A stretch of 64,000 nucleotides of DNA, taken from assembly GCA_010093705.1 (NCBI GenBank), contig MU006121.1, forward strand, positions 1-64,000, written 5' to 3'. This DNA is from Patellaria atrata CBS 101060 (taxonomy: Eukaryota). The position numbers were made by a program, and so were the translations under genes. This document shows positions 13,690 through 24,575 of this stretch, in pieces (the stretch's first letter is position 1; each line of letters opens with the position of its first letter). The notes under the pieces were generated by a model. It was given only the letters and a program-made list of their open reading frames with translations, was not told the DNA's origin and did not search any database.

Positions 13690-13893
13690 CTAGTTTTTGG
13701 ACGTTCCGGGTTCTCTGGGTTGAGGTTCCGAGGTCATCAACATACTAGTGGGTGGTTAGTTCGGAAGTTCTTTAGATGAAGAGAGGAACTGGAAGAGGTA
13801 GGAAGAGATAGTTTTTGATAATTGTTTTGGGGAAGTGGACCAGGTAAGGGGTGCTTACACCGAGGACGAGAAGATGCGGACGTTGACAGACAT
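13690..13893 (-). CDS. Possible spliced micro-ORF (29 aa, MSVNVRIFSSSVMLMTSEPQPREPGTSKN) or spliced non-coding transcript
   Basis: ATG at 13893 with A at -3. Intron 13858-13745 (GTAAGC...ACTAAC...TAG) and a second canonical intron 13643-13584 (GTAAGT...ACTAAC...TAG) downstream of the stop. Confidence 0.35.
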
Positions 13894-14398
13894 TCTGGTG
13901 AGAATTATTTCGGGAGAGGATATATATGCAAGTCTTTGAGAATTGACGTGATTGTATTGGCAGGGTGGTAATGAAGTGCTGGTTAACGAGGAAAGTTGAA
14001 GAGAGAAAAACTTGCTGTTTTTGCTTGGAATTGAGCTGCTGTTTGAGACTAAAACACATGGAAGAATCACACTCATTTATAAGTTTCGTCCCTCGCAATC
14101 AGGAAAAGTAAAATCCACCTTGTCCCTCCCATCTTGGTGGCTATGGTCATCGTAGTGGGAGCAAGTAATAGTGAGGCAAGTTAAAGATGTCCAGCTCATT
14201 CGCTCAGTGAGTATGACTCTAGAGAGAGAAAGGGTGGCGTAGCAGGTAGAACCTTTTCACCGTCCAAAGAATGCCCCAGGTGCCTAAGTGTTGACCTGAT
14301 GGTAGTTGGGAGTCTCCTATGCTAGATGTCACGATTTCCGGTGAAGCGGCTCTTGTTGCCTTGCCTTGGCGCTTCCCTGACCTAGGCCGAGCGGTCTG

Positions 14399-15579
14399 TC
14401 ATAGTAGCGCAAAAGCACTACAGTAACTCACTGAACTGTCTCTTACGCTGACACAATCACTGCTCGTTTCATATCGTATGAACTTGAACCGCCCTTTGCC
14501 CTCTGGGAGTTTGCCCGCCAGTGCCTCAACCGCAGCCATAACCACCCCGATAGGATGTCGCCCACACACAGTGTTTCCCGTCTCTTCCAGTATCCTTAAG
14601 AACGCCTGATGGGAGCTCGACTCTACCGCATCCATGCACCAATGATCAACTTTTGCAATGCTTTCGTGAATTTGCGGGTTGCGCGGAGTCTTGGCGGAGC
14701 TTGCTAGGTTGTAAGCAGGACCTTCCGAGGGAACGTAGTAAGTGTATCGAAACCGGGAACCCCAATGACAAAAGTCGGAGCTAATTATGAAGAGTGAGGT
14801 TGGATCCTCGAGATATTCAGCAAGAATCTCGCCATATCGCTTTTCGGTTGACCTTGACGTGTTCCCAACTAGAATGGGAATCAGGAGTGGGAAGGATGAA
14901 GGGTCAGAGAAGTTACTATGTAAAGTAAGTGGTGAGGAGTAGATTCAAAGAGTGAAAGAGGGCGAGGGAGCGTACTTGGATAACACTTTATAGATATACG
15001 GCAGATGCATCTCAAGGCTGTGTTCTGCCTCGTCGACTGAAAGGCTCATATTGTCAAAGAGCCTCGTCTCGTAGAGCCTGGCGATTGTCTCTTTATCGAT
15101 TTGAAGATTGCCTAGAGGCGTCTCGTATGCGTCGCATTTTGATAGAGCGCATCCACTGAGGTAGTGGTGGTGGGAGGGACCTAGCAGGAAGATACGTTTG
15201 CTATAAGGCCAGGCTGTAAGAACGGCAAGATGGTTTAGGGAGCTTAAGAGAAAGTGGGAGACCTTACGCATTGGAGACATCAAGAGCTTTGTATGCCCAT
15301 GCCGCTGCAGGTCCAGAGTAGGAATATCCAGCGTGCCTGCAATCAATCCATGAGCAAGGGGACAAGAGCTCAGTGTACAGGTACGGCTATCTCCTACGGT
15401 GCGATGATGGCTCTAGCGCCGCTCGGTGGAATATCAAACTCGGGCTCCTTGGAAGAATCCGCTCCTATTCCCTTTGCCTTCGCAGGGACTTGTTGAAGCC
15501 AGTGGTCGAGCTGGACATCAAGCTGGGAGCCATTATCTGTATACCACGACCCCGCATGCGAAGCAGCCCGAGTGGACAT
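14399..15579 (-). CDS. MHO1: MEMO1 family protein
   Basis: Exons 15579-15398, 15336-15268, 15200-14976, 14915-14399. Motifs [64 protein letters not shown]. Confidence 0.95.
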
Positions 15580-15825
15580 TTGGTAGAGGATAGAAGGCGA
15601 TGGGCGATCAGTGGAAATGGATATTATATGAACGTGTCGATAGATAGATCAAATCCAATTAGTATTGGAAGTGATGGTTGGTACTTCGATATGAAATGCT
15701 TCGGTCTCTGGTGATGGAAACCCAAGGGGAGAGCTCGGATAAGGGGGTTAGGAACTTGTGGGGGGCTTAAATGAGGGGTAGCAACGGAAGGCGGGGGGTT
15801 TTTGGCTCAGTGCCTTAATCAACAC

Positions 15826-15871
15826 ACCCGAGCAGCCTACCCGAGCAGCCTATCCGAGCAACCTACCCGAG
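15826..15871 (+). repeat. 13-bp tandem repeat (ACCCGAGCAGCCT x3.5) in a divergent intergenic region
   Basis: Units at 15826, 15839, 15852 (ATCCGAGCAACCT) and a partial unit at 15865. Confidence 0.85.
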
Positions 15872-16325
15872 GGAACACCCGTTAATTCGAAAATCGGGGC
15901 GGGGAGACACTCATTTTCTGGCCTAAAAGAGGCTGTAGAGGGCACATGAAGCAGCATGATAGGGGACATCGCGGACTTGAAGAATGCACAACCGCTGTTC
16001 ATCATGAGCATTATCTCTCGCGCAAAAGACCTAGGAAATCAGCAATAAAAGAGTAAATGAATAGCATCAGAATTACCTTGGTTGGATCAGACGGAAAATT
16101 GAAGTGTGAATTACAAAGTGCTTTTAAATCTTCTGTCGCTTAGTAACAGCCACACCGCGAACCTGGCGCGTCCCAGCTTTAGGTTGGACGTGACGGCAAG
16201 GACCCAGCCATGCCCTTCCTCTTACATTACTATCAATCTGCTTCTCCACATTAAAGACAATATCTTCTGTTTCACTTCCACATCATCTTTAATTACTAGT
16301 ATTTGAGTACTTCAGGTCCGACAAT

Positions 16326-16998
16326 ATGAGTCTCAAACGCAAGCGCTCCTCAGATTTCTCTCCATCTTCCACCTCAAGCTTCCCGACATCATCACGCAGC
16401 TCCCAAAGTCCCAGCCCAATCCCACGCGCAACATTCTACACCAACGATGCCCCGCCTCAAACTATCAGCGGTTGGGGTTTTCCTCGATATTCATTACCGT
16501 TGGGAGATATGCTAGGTCTTAGAACGAGGAAGCGATTCAGAGATAATCGGCCTGACATTGAAGTTATCCATCGTATGCGCTTAACTCTACATCTTTTCAC
16601 TACATAACCTCTAATTGAAACCAGAAAATACCCTCGAGAAACTGTACGATGCACAAAAAAGCCAGCCAAACTCGTGTCCTCTCCCGTCGAACGCTGCATT
16701 GCTAGGTGCCGCGCATCATGCGCCACCACAAAAGAGTACACTGCACTCCTTTTGGAATCTCCCGCAAGCTCCCCCCAATCAAAATCACATCACCGCACAA
16801 TTCACGCTCCCAAGTGTCGAAAAAGACCAATGTGAGGATTGTGAGGAGAAACTGTCCATGTCTGAAAATATCGATGTGGCTATGACTGGCGATGACCTCT
16901 TTGAGCGGTGGGCGTGTCAAAGATGTGCTCGTCGTGTTTGTAACATGTGCGCCGTGGTTAATGAGGAGAGGTTGTGTTTGAACTGCACGCGCCACTGA
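16326..16998 (+). CDS. Hypothetical protein with basic NLS-like motifs and a C-terminal 8-Cys putative zinc-binding region
   Basis: Exons 16326-16572 and 16625-16998; intron GTATGC...CTAAT...CAG. LKRKR, RTRKRFRDNRPD, and CEDC...CQRCARRVCNMC...CLNC. Confidence 0.8.
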
Positions 16999-17666
16999 GG
17001 TGCTTCGCTGCGTTGTTGATGATAGTAGCTCTTAACGATTAAATGGATTAGTCAGATTAGGTGCATTGGTCACATTGACTGATCAGCTGAATTAGCTGCG
17101 AACTGGGTTGGCTGGAATATCTGGATTGTTGGGAAGAGGAAAATACCCCTGTTACGGAGTTTGGTGCTCATGAAGGTTTCAGTCTTTCAGCTTGAGCAAA
17201 GGAGAGAAATCATAGCATCTCTTTCCTGGCTCATTATGTGTGCTTCAGTCTGCTCTAGCTTGGTAGAACCTCTAAACACATTTTGTTCATGAGTTACAAT
17301 TATTTACGTACGTAACAGAGAAAAGTATCAATCATTCATATGAATATGTCCTCGTCTCGATAGTTCAGAACTAGCTAATTCCTGTTCGTTCTATGAATAT
17401 CAAAATCAACACCGAACCTTCACTCGTTAAACTCATGATCATTATTCAGCTCGCTTTGAAACACTCGTGCGTCAGATTGCCCATATAATCATTACAATTT
17501 GATCCATTTAATTTGGACTCCATTGAGACAAATTTCCCATCAACATCCAAAACCACCGTCCTATACGTAAAATGTTCAAATTCAACTTCAGCTTCCATAC
17601 CGTTTAGACAGATTTGCCACTCCACATTAAAAAGCCAGCAATTCTAGTACAATAGGTATTTTTTGT

Positions 17667-17710
17667 AAAAGAAAAAAAAGAAAAAAAAAAGAAAAAGAAA
17701 GAAAAAAAAA
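17667..17710 (+). repeat. Poly-purine (A-rich) tract
   Basis: aaaagaaaaaaaagaaaaaaaaaagaaaaagaaagaaaaaaaaa. Confidence 0.9.
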
Positions 17711-18441
17711 TCCAACTACAGCAGCATACAGACGTGCTGCTCTTCGTCTTCAGTAGCTCATCAGCGCAGTTCTTCCCACAATAGTGAGCCATAGTAATAA
17801 TTTGAGGTATGAAATTCGTCAATCGTGGTGTTGCCGTGCCGCTGGGAACCAGGCAAATCCTTGCGGGTAAATATGTTCAACTCCGTCTCTTCCTCATTAC
17901 ATGTAAGCTCTCTTCATCTTCGTTGGCAGAGTGAAACAGTTCTTTTTTGAAGCCTTTCCTAGCAACGGTCTTTACCCTCTAAATCGGAGCAGGCCGAGAT
18001 TATGCTACCGAGCCAGTGATTTGACGGTTTAAAGTTATGATGTCTAAAATGTCAACAAATAGTGATAATCGGTCGAAACTTTTACTTTAGCTGATTAAGC
18101 TCGGTCTTTTAGCCAGCACAAACAGGCTTCGTAATTCGTTACAAGAATGAAATCGTTTTCTTCTGTCTGCTATCTACAAAGCGGAAGCGCGTCTGATAAC
18201 AGAATCCCATTCCTGTACAGGAAATGACGAGAACGTGGTGCAGTAGCTAGCCACATTTACAGTTGGAGTTAGGGAGCGGTAACCTGCACGAACCGACGAG
18301 GGACCAGTCCGGTTTCTGAGGATGTCGTTTCAATATTGAGAACATGGTAACACGAGTCGTAGGATACGTCAAAGGGACTGTTGGTTCGATCATGTCTCGG
18401 AGGGTTTTGGTGGGTAATACGGATAGCCATTGCGTAACTCA

Positions 18442-21400
18442 TCACTTCTTCCGACTAGGGGCTATGAATGGTTTATTCAAGCTGGAACTCCAACCTTGAA
18501 GGCTCCTGCGTGCGCCTAATGTGCGTTTCTGTGATTGCCGTGCTTGAGTAAGACTAGTCGAGTGAAACATTGCGGCAGGCTTAAGATCACTTTTATAAGA
18601 AGGGTGGGCTACTATGTCCCGATCGTCATCCTGTGGGTCTTTTTGCGCATGGTCGTCGATATCAGTCTCGGGTTTTATGGGTGAGCTAGACAAAAAGACA
18701 TATGCTTTGTGCTCTTCACTGTCTTGTTTGACTTGTATAGGACGGCCTGGGATTATCGTTGAACGAATCTTGTATTCAAACTGTTGCACTAGCAAAGGAT
18801 TTGAATCCGGAAGAAACCCTTGGGCATTTGGAATCTCGTTCAACGGTTTTTGTGGAGGAAAACCTTGCCGGGGTATGAGGTGTTGATCCGCGACTAATGC
18901 TTTTCTACCAAGGGTAGATTGTTCTGAGGGCTTCGGTGTAGTGACAATACCATCTTTGGCATCCCTTGAAATCAAAAAGTTTTTAATGCTTCCTTGATCG
19001 ATTAGCCGCTTAGAGGATGATCTCTTAGTCGCTTTACGAAGCTTTTCTTGCTTTTCATCAACGCTAATTCTGTGTTTTTTTTCTACGTCCATATGTGTAG
19101 ATGATGCTGCTGTTTGCAGTGCCGTTTGTCCAAAATGCGCCTTTGCACTAACGAAATCGATTGGCCTAACAGTAGATGCAATGGAGAACGTTTCAGTGGA
19201 ACTCATCGTAGTCTTCACCATTGTGGTATTGGAAGTGTCCACGCGTTCATATTTGCGGCGCTTGAACGAAGTTTGATGGGAGGGTATGTATGGTGATCCT
19301 TCATCGAAGAAGTTCGTTGTGTATTCTCCCGTAATATGATCTCCACCATGTAGCGGCCATAGATCGTCTTCTGCACGCTCTACGAGCGCTCTACCTTCCT
19401 CCATAGTGGCTTCTAGTGGGCACGGTCTTCGTAGAATCCGTGCAAGGTCTTGCGCAACTGTAAATTTAATCAATGGTCCGCTAGATTCGAAACACTTGCA
19501 CATCCGCTTATGTGATAGAAAAGATGACAAGGTTGCCGTTTCTCCTTTAGAATTCCAGATAGGCCAGCTAAGATACAGAAGAGCTTTTGCTCTAGTCATA
19601 CCGACATAGAGCAATCTCCTCTCCTCATCAGTATCTTCCGATCTGGAGTGTGGAATTGAGCCATTGTAAGTAGCTGGAATAAATACTACGGGCCATTCCA
19701 AACCTTTAGCGGCGTGAATTGTTGAGATAGTGACTTGGCTGAGGGGAGTTTCCGCAGAGTCAGCATGTTGAACTTCTGTTGACAGCGCGACATTAGCCAG
19801 AAATTTTGCAAGTATATCCTCGGGATCCGATAAATCTTGTTGTTGAACTTGGTCGATTTTTGGCAGAGAGTCATCCTCAGTGAGTGTTCCATTCACTATT
19901 GCTGCAGACATATCCGTAGCTTGAGCGACAAGTTCTTCTACGTTAGCCCAGCGCGAGTCAAAGTCTTCGGGATAAGACTTCTTTAGATATTCTTCGAAGC
20001 TCAGTCTCTTTATAATGTGAGTAATGACTTCAACTAACGAGAACGATTGAGTTTCCGAACCCATGAGTTTCTTTTGCGTGGTCAGTATGACATTCGTGAA
20101 AGTGTCAAGCCCTTTATGTGTAGATGCAGATATCTTTGTTGTCGGCTTTCGATTGCCCCTGACGCTCCCAAGGACCATCTCCCATAAGCTCGATTTAGAT
20201 TTTTCAGCTTCTTGCAGCAAACTTTTAACGGTAACATCTCCTATCTTGCGCGACGGCACATTTATGACACGAATCAAAGCATCATTGTGGTCTGGTTGGT
20301 TTACCACTCGAAGATAGTCTAAAATTATCTTTACTTCAACTCGATCGAAAAACCGATGGCCGCCAACCATACGGTAAGGTATCCCAGCTTTTCCAAGTGC
20401 GGATTCAATGTGGCGAGATAGTGATGCTGAGCGAAGAAGAATAGCGAAATCCTCGTGAGTGAGAAGTGAGCCGCCAGTAAGCAACCTTATGCGTTCTATT
20501 TCCTTGACCACCCATTGCGCTTCCACTGCTGCTGTAGGGAGCTGACGAAGAACTGGTCTCTCACCGACGCAATGAGTTGCAAGGAGATTCTTTGCAGGTC
20601 TACTCTCATCTTGCTCAATAACTTGCATCGCCGATTGCAGAATTGATCCAGAAGATCTATAGTTCTCTTCGAGCATCACGACGACTGTGTCGGAGTAGTG
20701 TTTTCGCATCAAACGAAGGTTTTCAATTTCTGCGGATCGAAAGCCATAGATACTTTGGTCCGGATCTCCAACAATAGTTATCCTTTTCCTGTTTTGTGCA
20801 AAGCAGCGCATCAATTCGTATTGAACGTGATTAGTGTCCTGGAATTCATCAATAAGGACGCATTCCACGTTTGAGACGCACTCCGGATAGCGACGAAGGA
20901 GATCCACACAACGAAGGAGCAGGTCATCGTAGTCAAGTAGATTAGAAATCCTTAACAACTCCTCATACTCGGCGTAAATAGTCGCGAATTCTTGGTGCTC
21001 GATAGATTTCTTTGAAGCGGCGTATTCCTCACAGTTTATGCTTCGAGCTTTAAGTGAGGAGATGCGTGAGCGAGCGGGGGACGGTTCAATCGTGAGCTTT
21101 AGACGTTTTATAATACGTTTGATCATGGAAAGGCTGTCTGAGCTGTCTGCGATGCCAAAATCTTTCTTGATACCGATATAATTACCATAAGTGACGAGAA
21201 AACGGCGAGCAACAGAATGGAATGTACCAAGGACCAGCTTGGTTTCATCTCCAGGAGACAGAATAGTTCGTACTCTGTCTTTCATCTCTCGGGCGGCCTT
21301 GATTGTGAAGGTACAGACGATGATATTCGACGGATTGAGACCAACATTAGCGATGAGGTACGCGACGCGTGCAGTGAGGGTTTTGGTCTTTCCTGAACCA

Positions 21401-21486
21401 GGTGGAGCGAGAACCTGGAGAACAGATGCTGGACTGGTGACAGCACTTCTCTGTGCGCCATTGAGCCCAGCTAGCAGTTGATCCAT
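18442..21486 (-). CDS. SRS2: UvrD/PcrA-family SF1 3'-5' DNA helicase (Srs2-like) with low-complexity C-terminal tail
   Basis: Intronless 1014-aa ORF. LNGAQ (Q motif), APPGSGKT (Walker A), TFTIKAA, GTFHS, IDEFQD, VGDPDQSIYGFR, ENYRS, STIHAAKGLEW, EERRLLYVGMTRAK. Confidence 0.93.
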   Translation of the reverse strand: MDQLLAGLNGAQRSAVTSPASVLQVLAPPGSGKTKTLTARVAYLIANVGLNPSNIIVCTFTIKAAREMKDRVRTILSPGDETKLVLGTFHSVARRFLVTYGNYIGIKKDFGIADSSDSLSMIKRIIKRLKLTIEPSPARSRISSLKARSINCEEYAASKKSIEHQEFATIYAEYEELLRISNLLDYDDLLLRCVDLLRRYPECVSNVECVLIDEFQDTNHVQYELMRCFAQNRKRITIVGDPDQSIYGFRSAEIENLRLMRKHYSDTVVVMLEENYRSSGSILQSAMQVIEQDESRPAKNLLATHCVGERPVLRQLPTAAVEAQWVVKEIERIRLLTGGSLLTHEDFAILLRSASLSRHIESALGKAGIPYRMVGGHRFFDRVEVKIILDYLRVVNQPDHNDALIRVINVPSRKIGDVTVKSLLQEAEKSKSSLWEMVLGSVRGNRKPTTKISASTHKGLDTFTNVILTTQKKLMGSETQSFSLVEVITHIIKRLSFEEYLKKSYPEDFDSRWANVEELVAQATDMSAAIVNGTLTEDDSLPKIDQVQQQDLSDPEDILAKFLANVALSTEVQHADSAETPLSQVTISTIHAAKGLEWPVVFIPATYNGSIPHSRSEDTDEERRLLYVGMTRAKALLYLSWPIWNSKGETATLSSFLSHKRMCKCFESSGPLIKFTVAQDLARILRRPCPLEATMEEGRALVERAEDDLWPLHGGDHITGEYTTNFFDEGSPYIPSHQTSFKRRKYERVDTSNTTMVKTTMSSTETFSIASTVRPIDFVSAKAHFGQTALQTAASSTHMDVEKKHRISVDEKQEKLRKATKRSSSKRLIDQGSIKNFLISRDAKDGIVTTPKPSEQSTLGRKALVADQHLIPRQGFPPQKPLNEIPNAQGFLPDSNPLLVQQFEYKIRSTIIPGRPIQVKQDSEEHKAYVFLSSSPIKPETDIDDHAQKDPQDDDRDIVAHPSYKSDLKPAAMFHSTSLTQARQSQKRTLGARRSLQGWSSSLNKPFIAPSRKK

Positions 21487-21663
21487 CGGAGAAAACTGCG
21501 GTATACGACGGCATGAGAAACCTCTGTTACTGAGAAGGAGGACGCGGATTGCCGTGCATTAGACAAACGCGACTAAGGAACAATGCACGTGATAATTTGT
21601 TGGGATTCAGTACAAACAGGCCAAGAGCTCTTTTATCCTTCAGACAACATCTCATAGAGACAC

Positions 21664-23352
21664 TCACCACATTATAGTTACTGGAGTAAGTAGAACGGCG
21701 ATTATATCTCCCAACCTTCTAGTTTTGACCCAATCTACAGACTTGACCTTTGAGATGTTTGCGTCGTCACAGTAGTACCAGTCCACCCGCTTCTTGAGAA
21801 AAGTCCTGTAATGACCGCTGTCCTTCGGATAGGCCTTTGTGTAGGACGGCAGCAGAGACTTCGTAAAGGACGCTCTCCGCTCCATTACAAAGGAGATATG
21901 GGACAGATCTATACCTTCCTCAGGCAGATTGAGCATGTCAGTCCTCTTCTCAGTGCCTAGTCGTATTCGTTGAATGTTCAGCAGTACGGCTTGTGGTAAT
22001 GCCATGAGCATGTTCCTGGCCTCGAGGGTTATTCTTTTCTTACAAAGAGTACACTTTTTACAATCTATTTCGCATGCGCAGCAGTTGTTGCACTTGTACG
22101 TTTCTATGATGGATTTTTCACACCAGTGCTTCAACAACTCCTCAATGGTACCATCCCGTCCACCTTTTCTCTTTCCACCTTTTTTCTTTGGCATCTCGTT
22201 CAAGGGCAGTTCCAGAATGAATTGTCGACTGCAAAGATTCTCTCATTCTTGCAACAATCACAAGTTGTTACGTTTGCCGTGTGAATCTCGAACAGGCCTT
22301 TAAGGGGCTTGGTGTCCTTGGTAGTATCCCTTATAAAATCAAGGAGATACCCTTGGTACTCCACGACACACTGTTGGTGTTCCTTGCCGCTAAAATTGAT
22401 CGGGGTCCTAGTATAGGTGATAAACTCGGCGAAAGCATCCTGGAAGGACTTGGGGTCCACCGCCGTCCCAGATGTGTCTTGCATCTTTTGTGTCAGTTCC
22501 AGGAGACAGTTCACAACCTTTTCCGCACTCAGATTGACTAGTCGGCTCCTCATCATTGACTCCGTACGGAGATCTCCCGCTGGGGCTTGGTGAGTCAAGA
22601 TTTATAAGCCGCTGTTGCTGAAGCATGCGACTTTGCAGTTTTTCAATCCAACTGGGACACTGCTGGCTTCGGCTCTGGTAGCTATTTTACTAGCTGGGGG
22701 GGTAGATTCCGGCATCTGCGTCTTTGGTTTATGGGCGGCTTCTACACCTGTCCCCATTTCTTCATCTCTCTTCCGCTTTGTACTGGAAGTACAGGCCCCC
22801 GCCAGACGATGGTGGTGTTGTCGGCACCGTCGAGACAGACACCATTTCGGTACTGGACGGCGTGGGGTCCGCAGTTGTCGCCAGAGTGCTTGGTGACTCA
22901 GCTGGTATGGCTCCGTCGGCTTCGGAGGATGGTGTCTTGGGAGTAGGGTTCGTCCCATTGCTCCCGCTCTTCTTCTCCGTCTTCTTCGTCTTCCTCGCCG
23001 GCTGCTTTTTCGCTGCGGCTTTCTTGCCCTGCGGCTTCTTGCGAGGCTTCGCAGTCTTCTCCTCCGTAGAGGGAACCTTATTCTCGTCGCTCGTCGGCTT
23101 CTGGAGTATACCGTAAACGTGCGAGAGGAAATAGGACTTTAGTTCAGCGGAATTACGACAGCTGCTGACGATTTCTAGAAACGAATCATAATCTCTTGAA
23201 CATACCTTCGTCTCCCTTGCTCTTTTGGGCTTCTTCTGCCCCTCCGCACTCTCCACTTGCTGCGGCACGTCTGTCGCCTTTCTCTTCTTTGAGGCTTTCG
23301 CTTCGCCGGATTTCTTAGTGCCATTGCCGGCCGCTTTCTTCGCTGGTGGCAT
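21664..23352 (-). pseudogene. Disrupted ubiquitin-specific protease (peptidase C19) with Lys-rich N-terminus
   Basis: Cys box GLKNCKVACFSNSGL* with TAA at 22604-22602 where Gln is expected; QQ-box FSGKEHQQCVVEY...LLD; CxxC pairs; LPQAVLLNIQR; SGHY...WYYCDD. Frameshifts near 22798 and ~22210. The His-box lead-in LYEVSAAVLHKG (21868-21827) lies in another frame. Probable in-frame intron 23205-23101. Confidence 0.8.
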
Positions 23353-24575
23353 CTTGAACAATGTATTGTTCAATAACAAATGTTAAATGGTGTGTCTTCA
23401 ACTGAGCTATGTGCGACTGATAGTGATGTTAGCGGAATACAGTTGTGTTGAAGGTGAGCGTCATACGTCAGAAGTTGCAAGGTGTATGGTGCAGAAGCAG
23501 AGTTGACGTGGGCTCTGGAGATTTATAGAAGCGCGTCGACATTAGCGAGCATGCATCTATCGAACAAACGCGCTAATTTTATCTAATGTCCTATTTGGTT
23601 GGTATTGTGAGTTTCATACAACCTTCACGTGTTATTGAGGGGCGTATTGATGAATTGGAAGAGCTCGGATAATTCATTCACGATATTGTTCTCAAAGTGC
23701 AAGATTCAGTATGATGGTACAGCTACCGATCATGCTGTGGACAATAGAGGTGGATTTCTATTGTCTTGGAATTATCCCATCCTGCAGTAATTCTTTTCTG
23801 TCCATTCAGTACGCCAGCAAAACGTTCCGTTGTTGAGCGTGTGGTGAGTATCCTCCACTCAGGGGTAACGTGACCAATGTGACCTACATGGGTCGCGTCA
23901 TTTCAAACCCTGTTTTTCTCATGTGATTGTGTATATGGGTAACTCATCGTATTTTTAGATGTTATATGTTAAGTTATGGTATAGAAATATTTCATGCCAC
24001 TTTTTTGAATATGAAGTTGTAAAGGGCTTGTTTTATTAGGCGTATAAAGCCAGAAATAATTATGAGGCTAGACTAATTTGACTATGACTTTTTACCGTAG
24101 GAACTGAGCGAATATATGTAAATGCTCATCTCTCATGGAGTATTTACCGAATTCGTGCTTTTAATATACAATCACTACATATGCGCTCATAAGTCACAAC
24201 AATTTAGTTCATTCATTGTGTCCTTACTAACTCCAATTAATATAGGGGGATAATACTAATTGCCAGAAATGAAAACTTGATACATCCGTTATAGTATCTA
24301 TCATAATACAGAGAATCCATATCACGACCAAGGGCTTATCCAACTCTCTCATAGGAAATTTAATTGGAACGTACTCCAGACAACCCAGCTCACACTTATC
24401 TACCGGTTCCTAACTTTCGCCATATAGATGCAGGATAGTCAATCGTTTGTGAATGCACCTAAGCAGTGGGTAAATCATCGCCTTACTTCATCTCCAGTTC
24501 ACCGTTAACAGCGCAGACGGACACTCGCCTCACATCTTTCTCAATCATACTGCCCTCAGCAGCCTAATTCCCGAC

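Noticed and set aside
17711..17790. Minus-strand CTGATGAG...CGAA plus a GCAGCA/TGCTGC hairpin before a T-run, resembling a hammerhead ribozyme or Pol III RNA
   Set aside because: Stem II does not pair, the core reads GAAG rather than GAAA, and no U3, SRP, RNase P or MRP motifs were found.
22602..22604. Premature stop rescued by A-to-I editing or readthrough
   Set aside because: Editing of TAA would give Trp rather than the expected Gln, and the additional frameshifts would remain.
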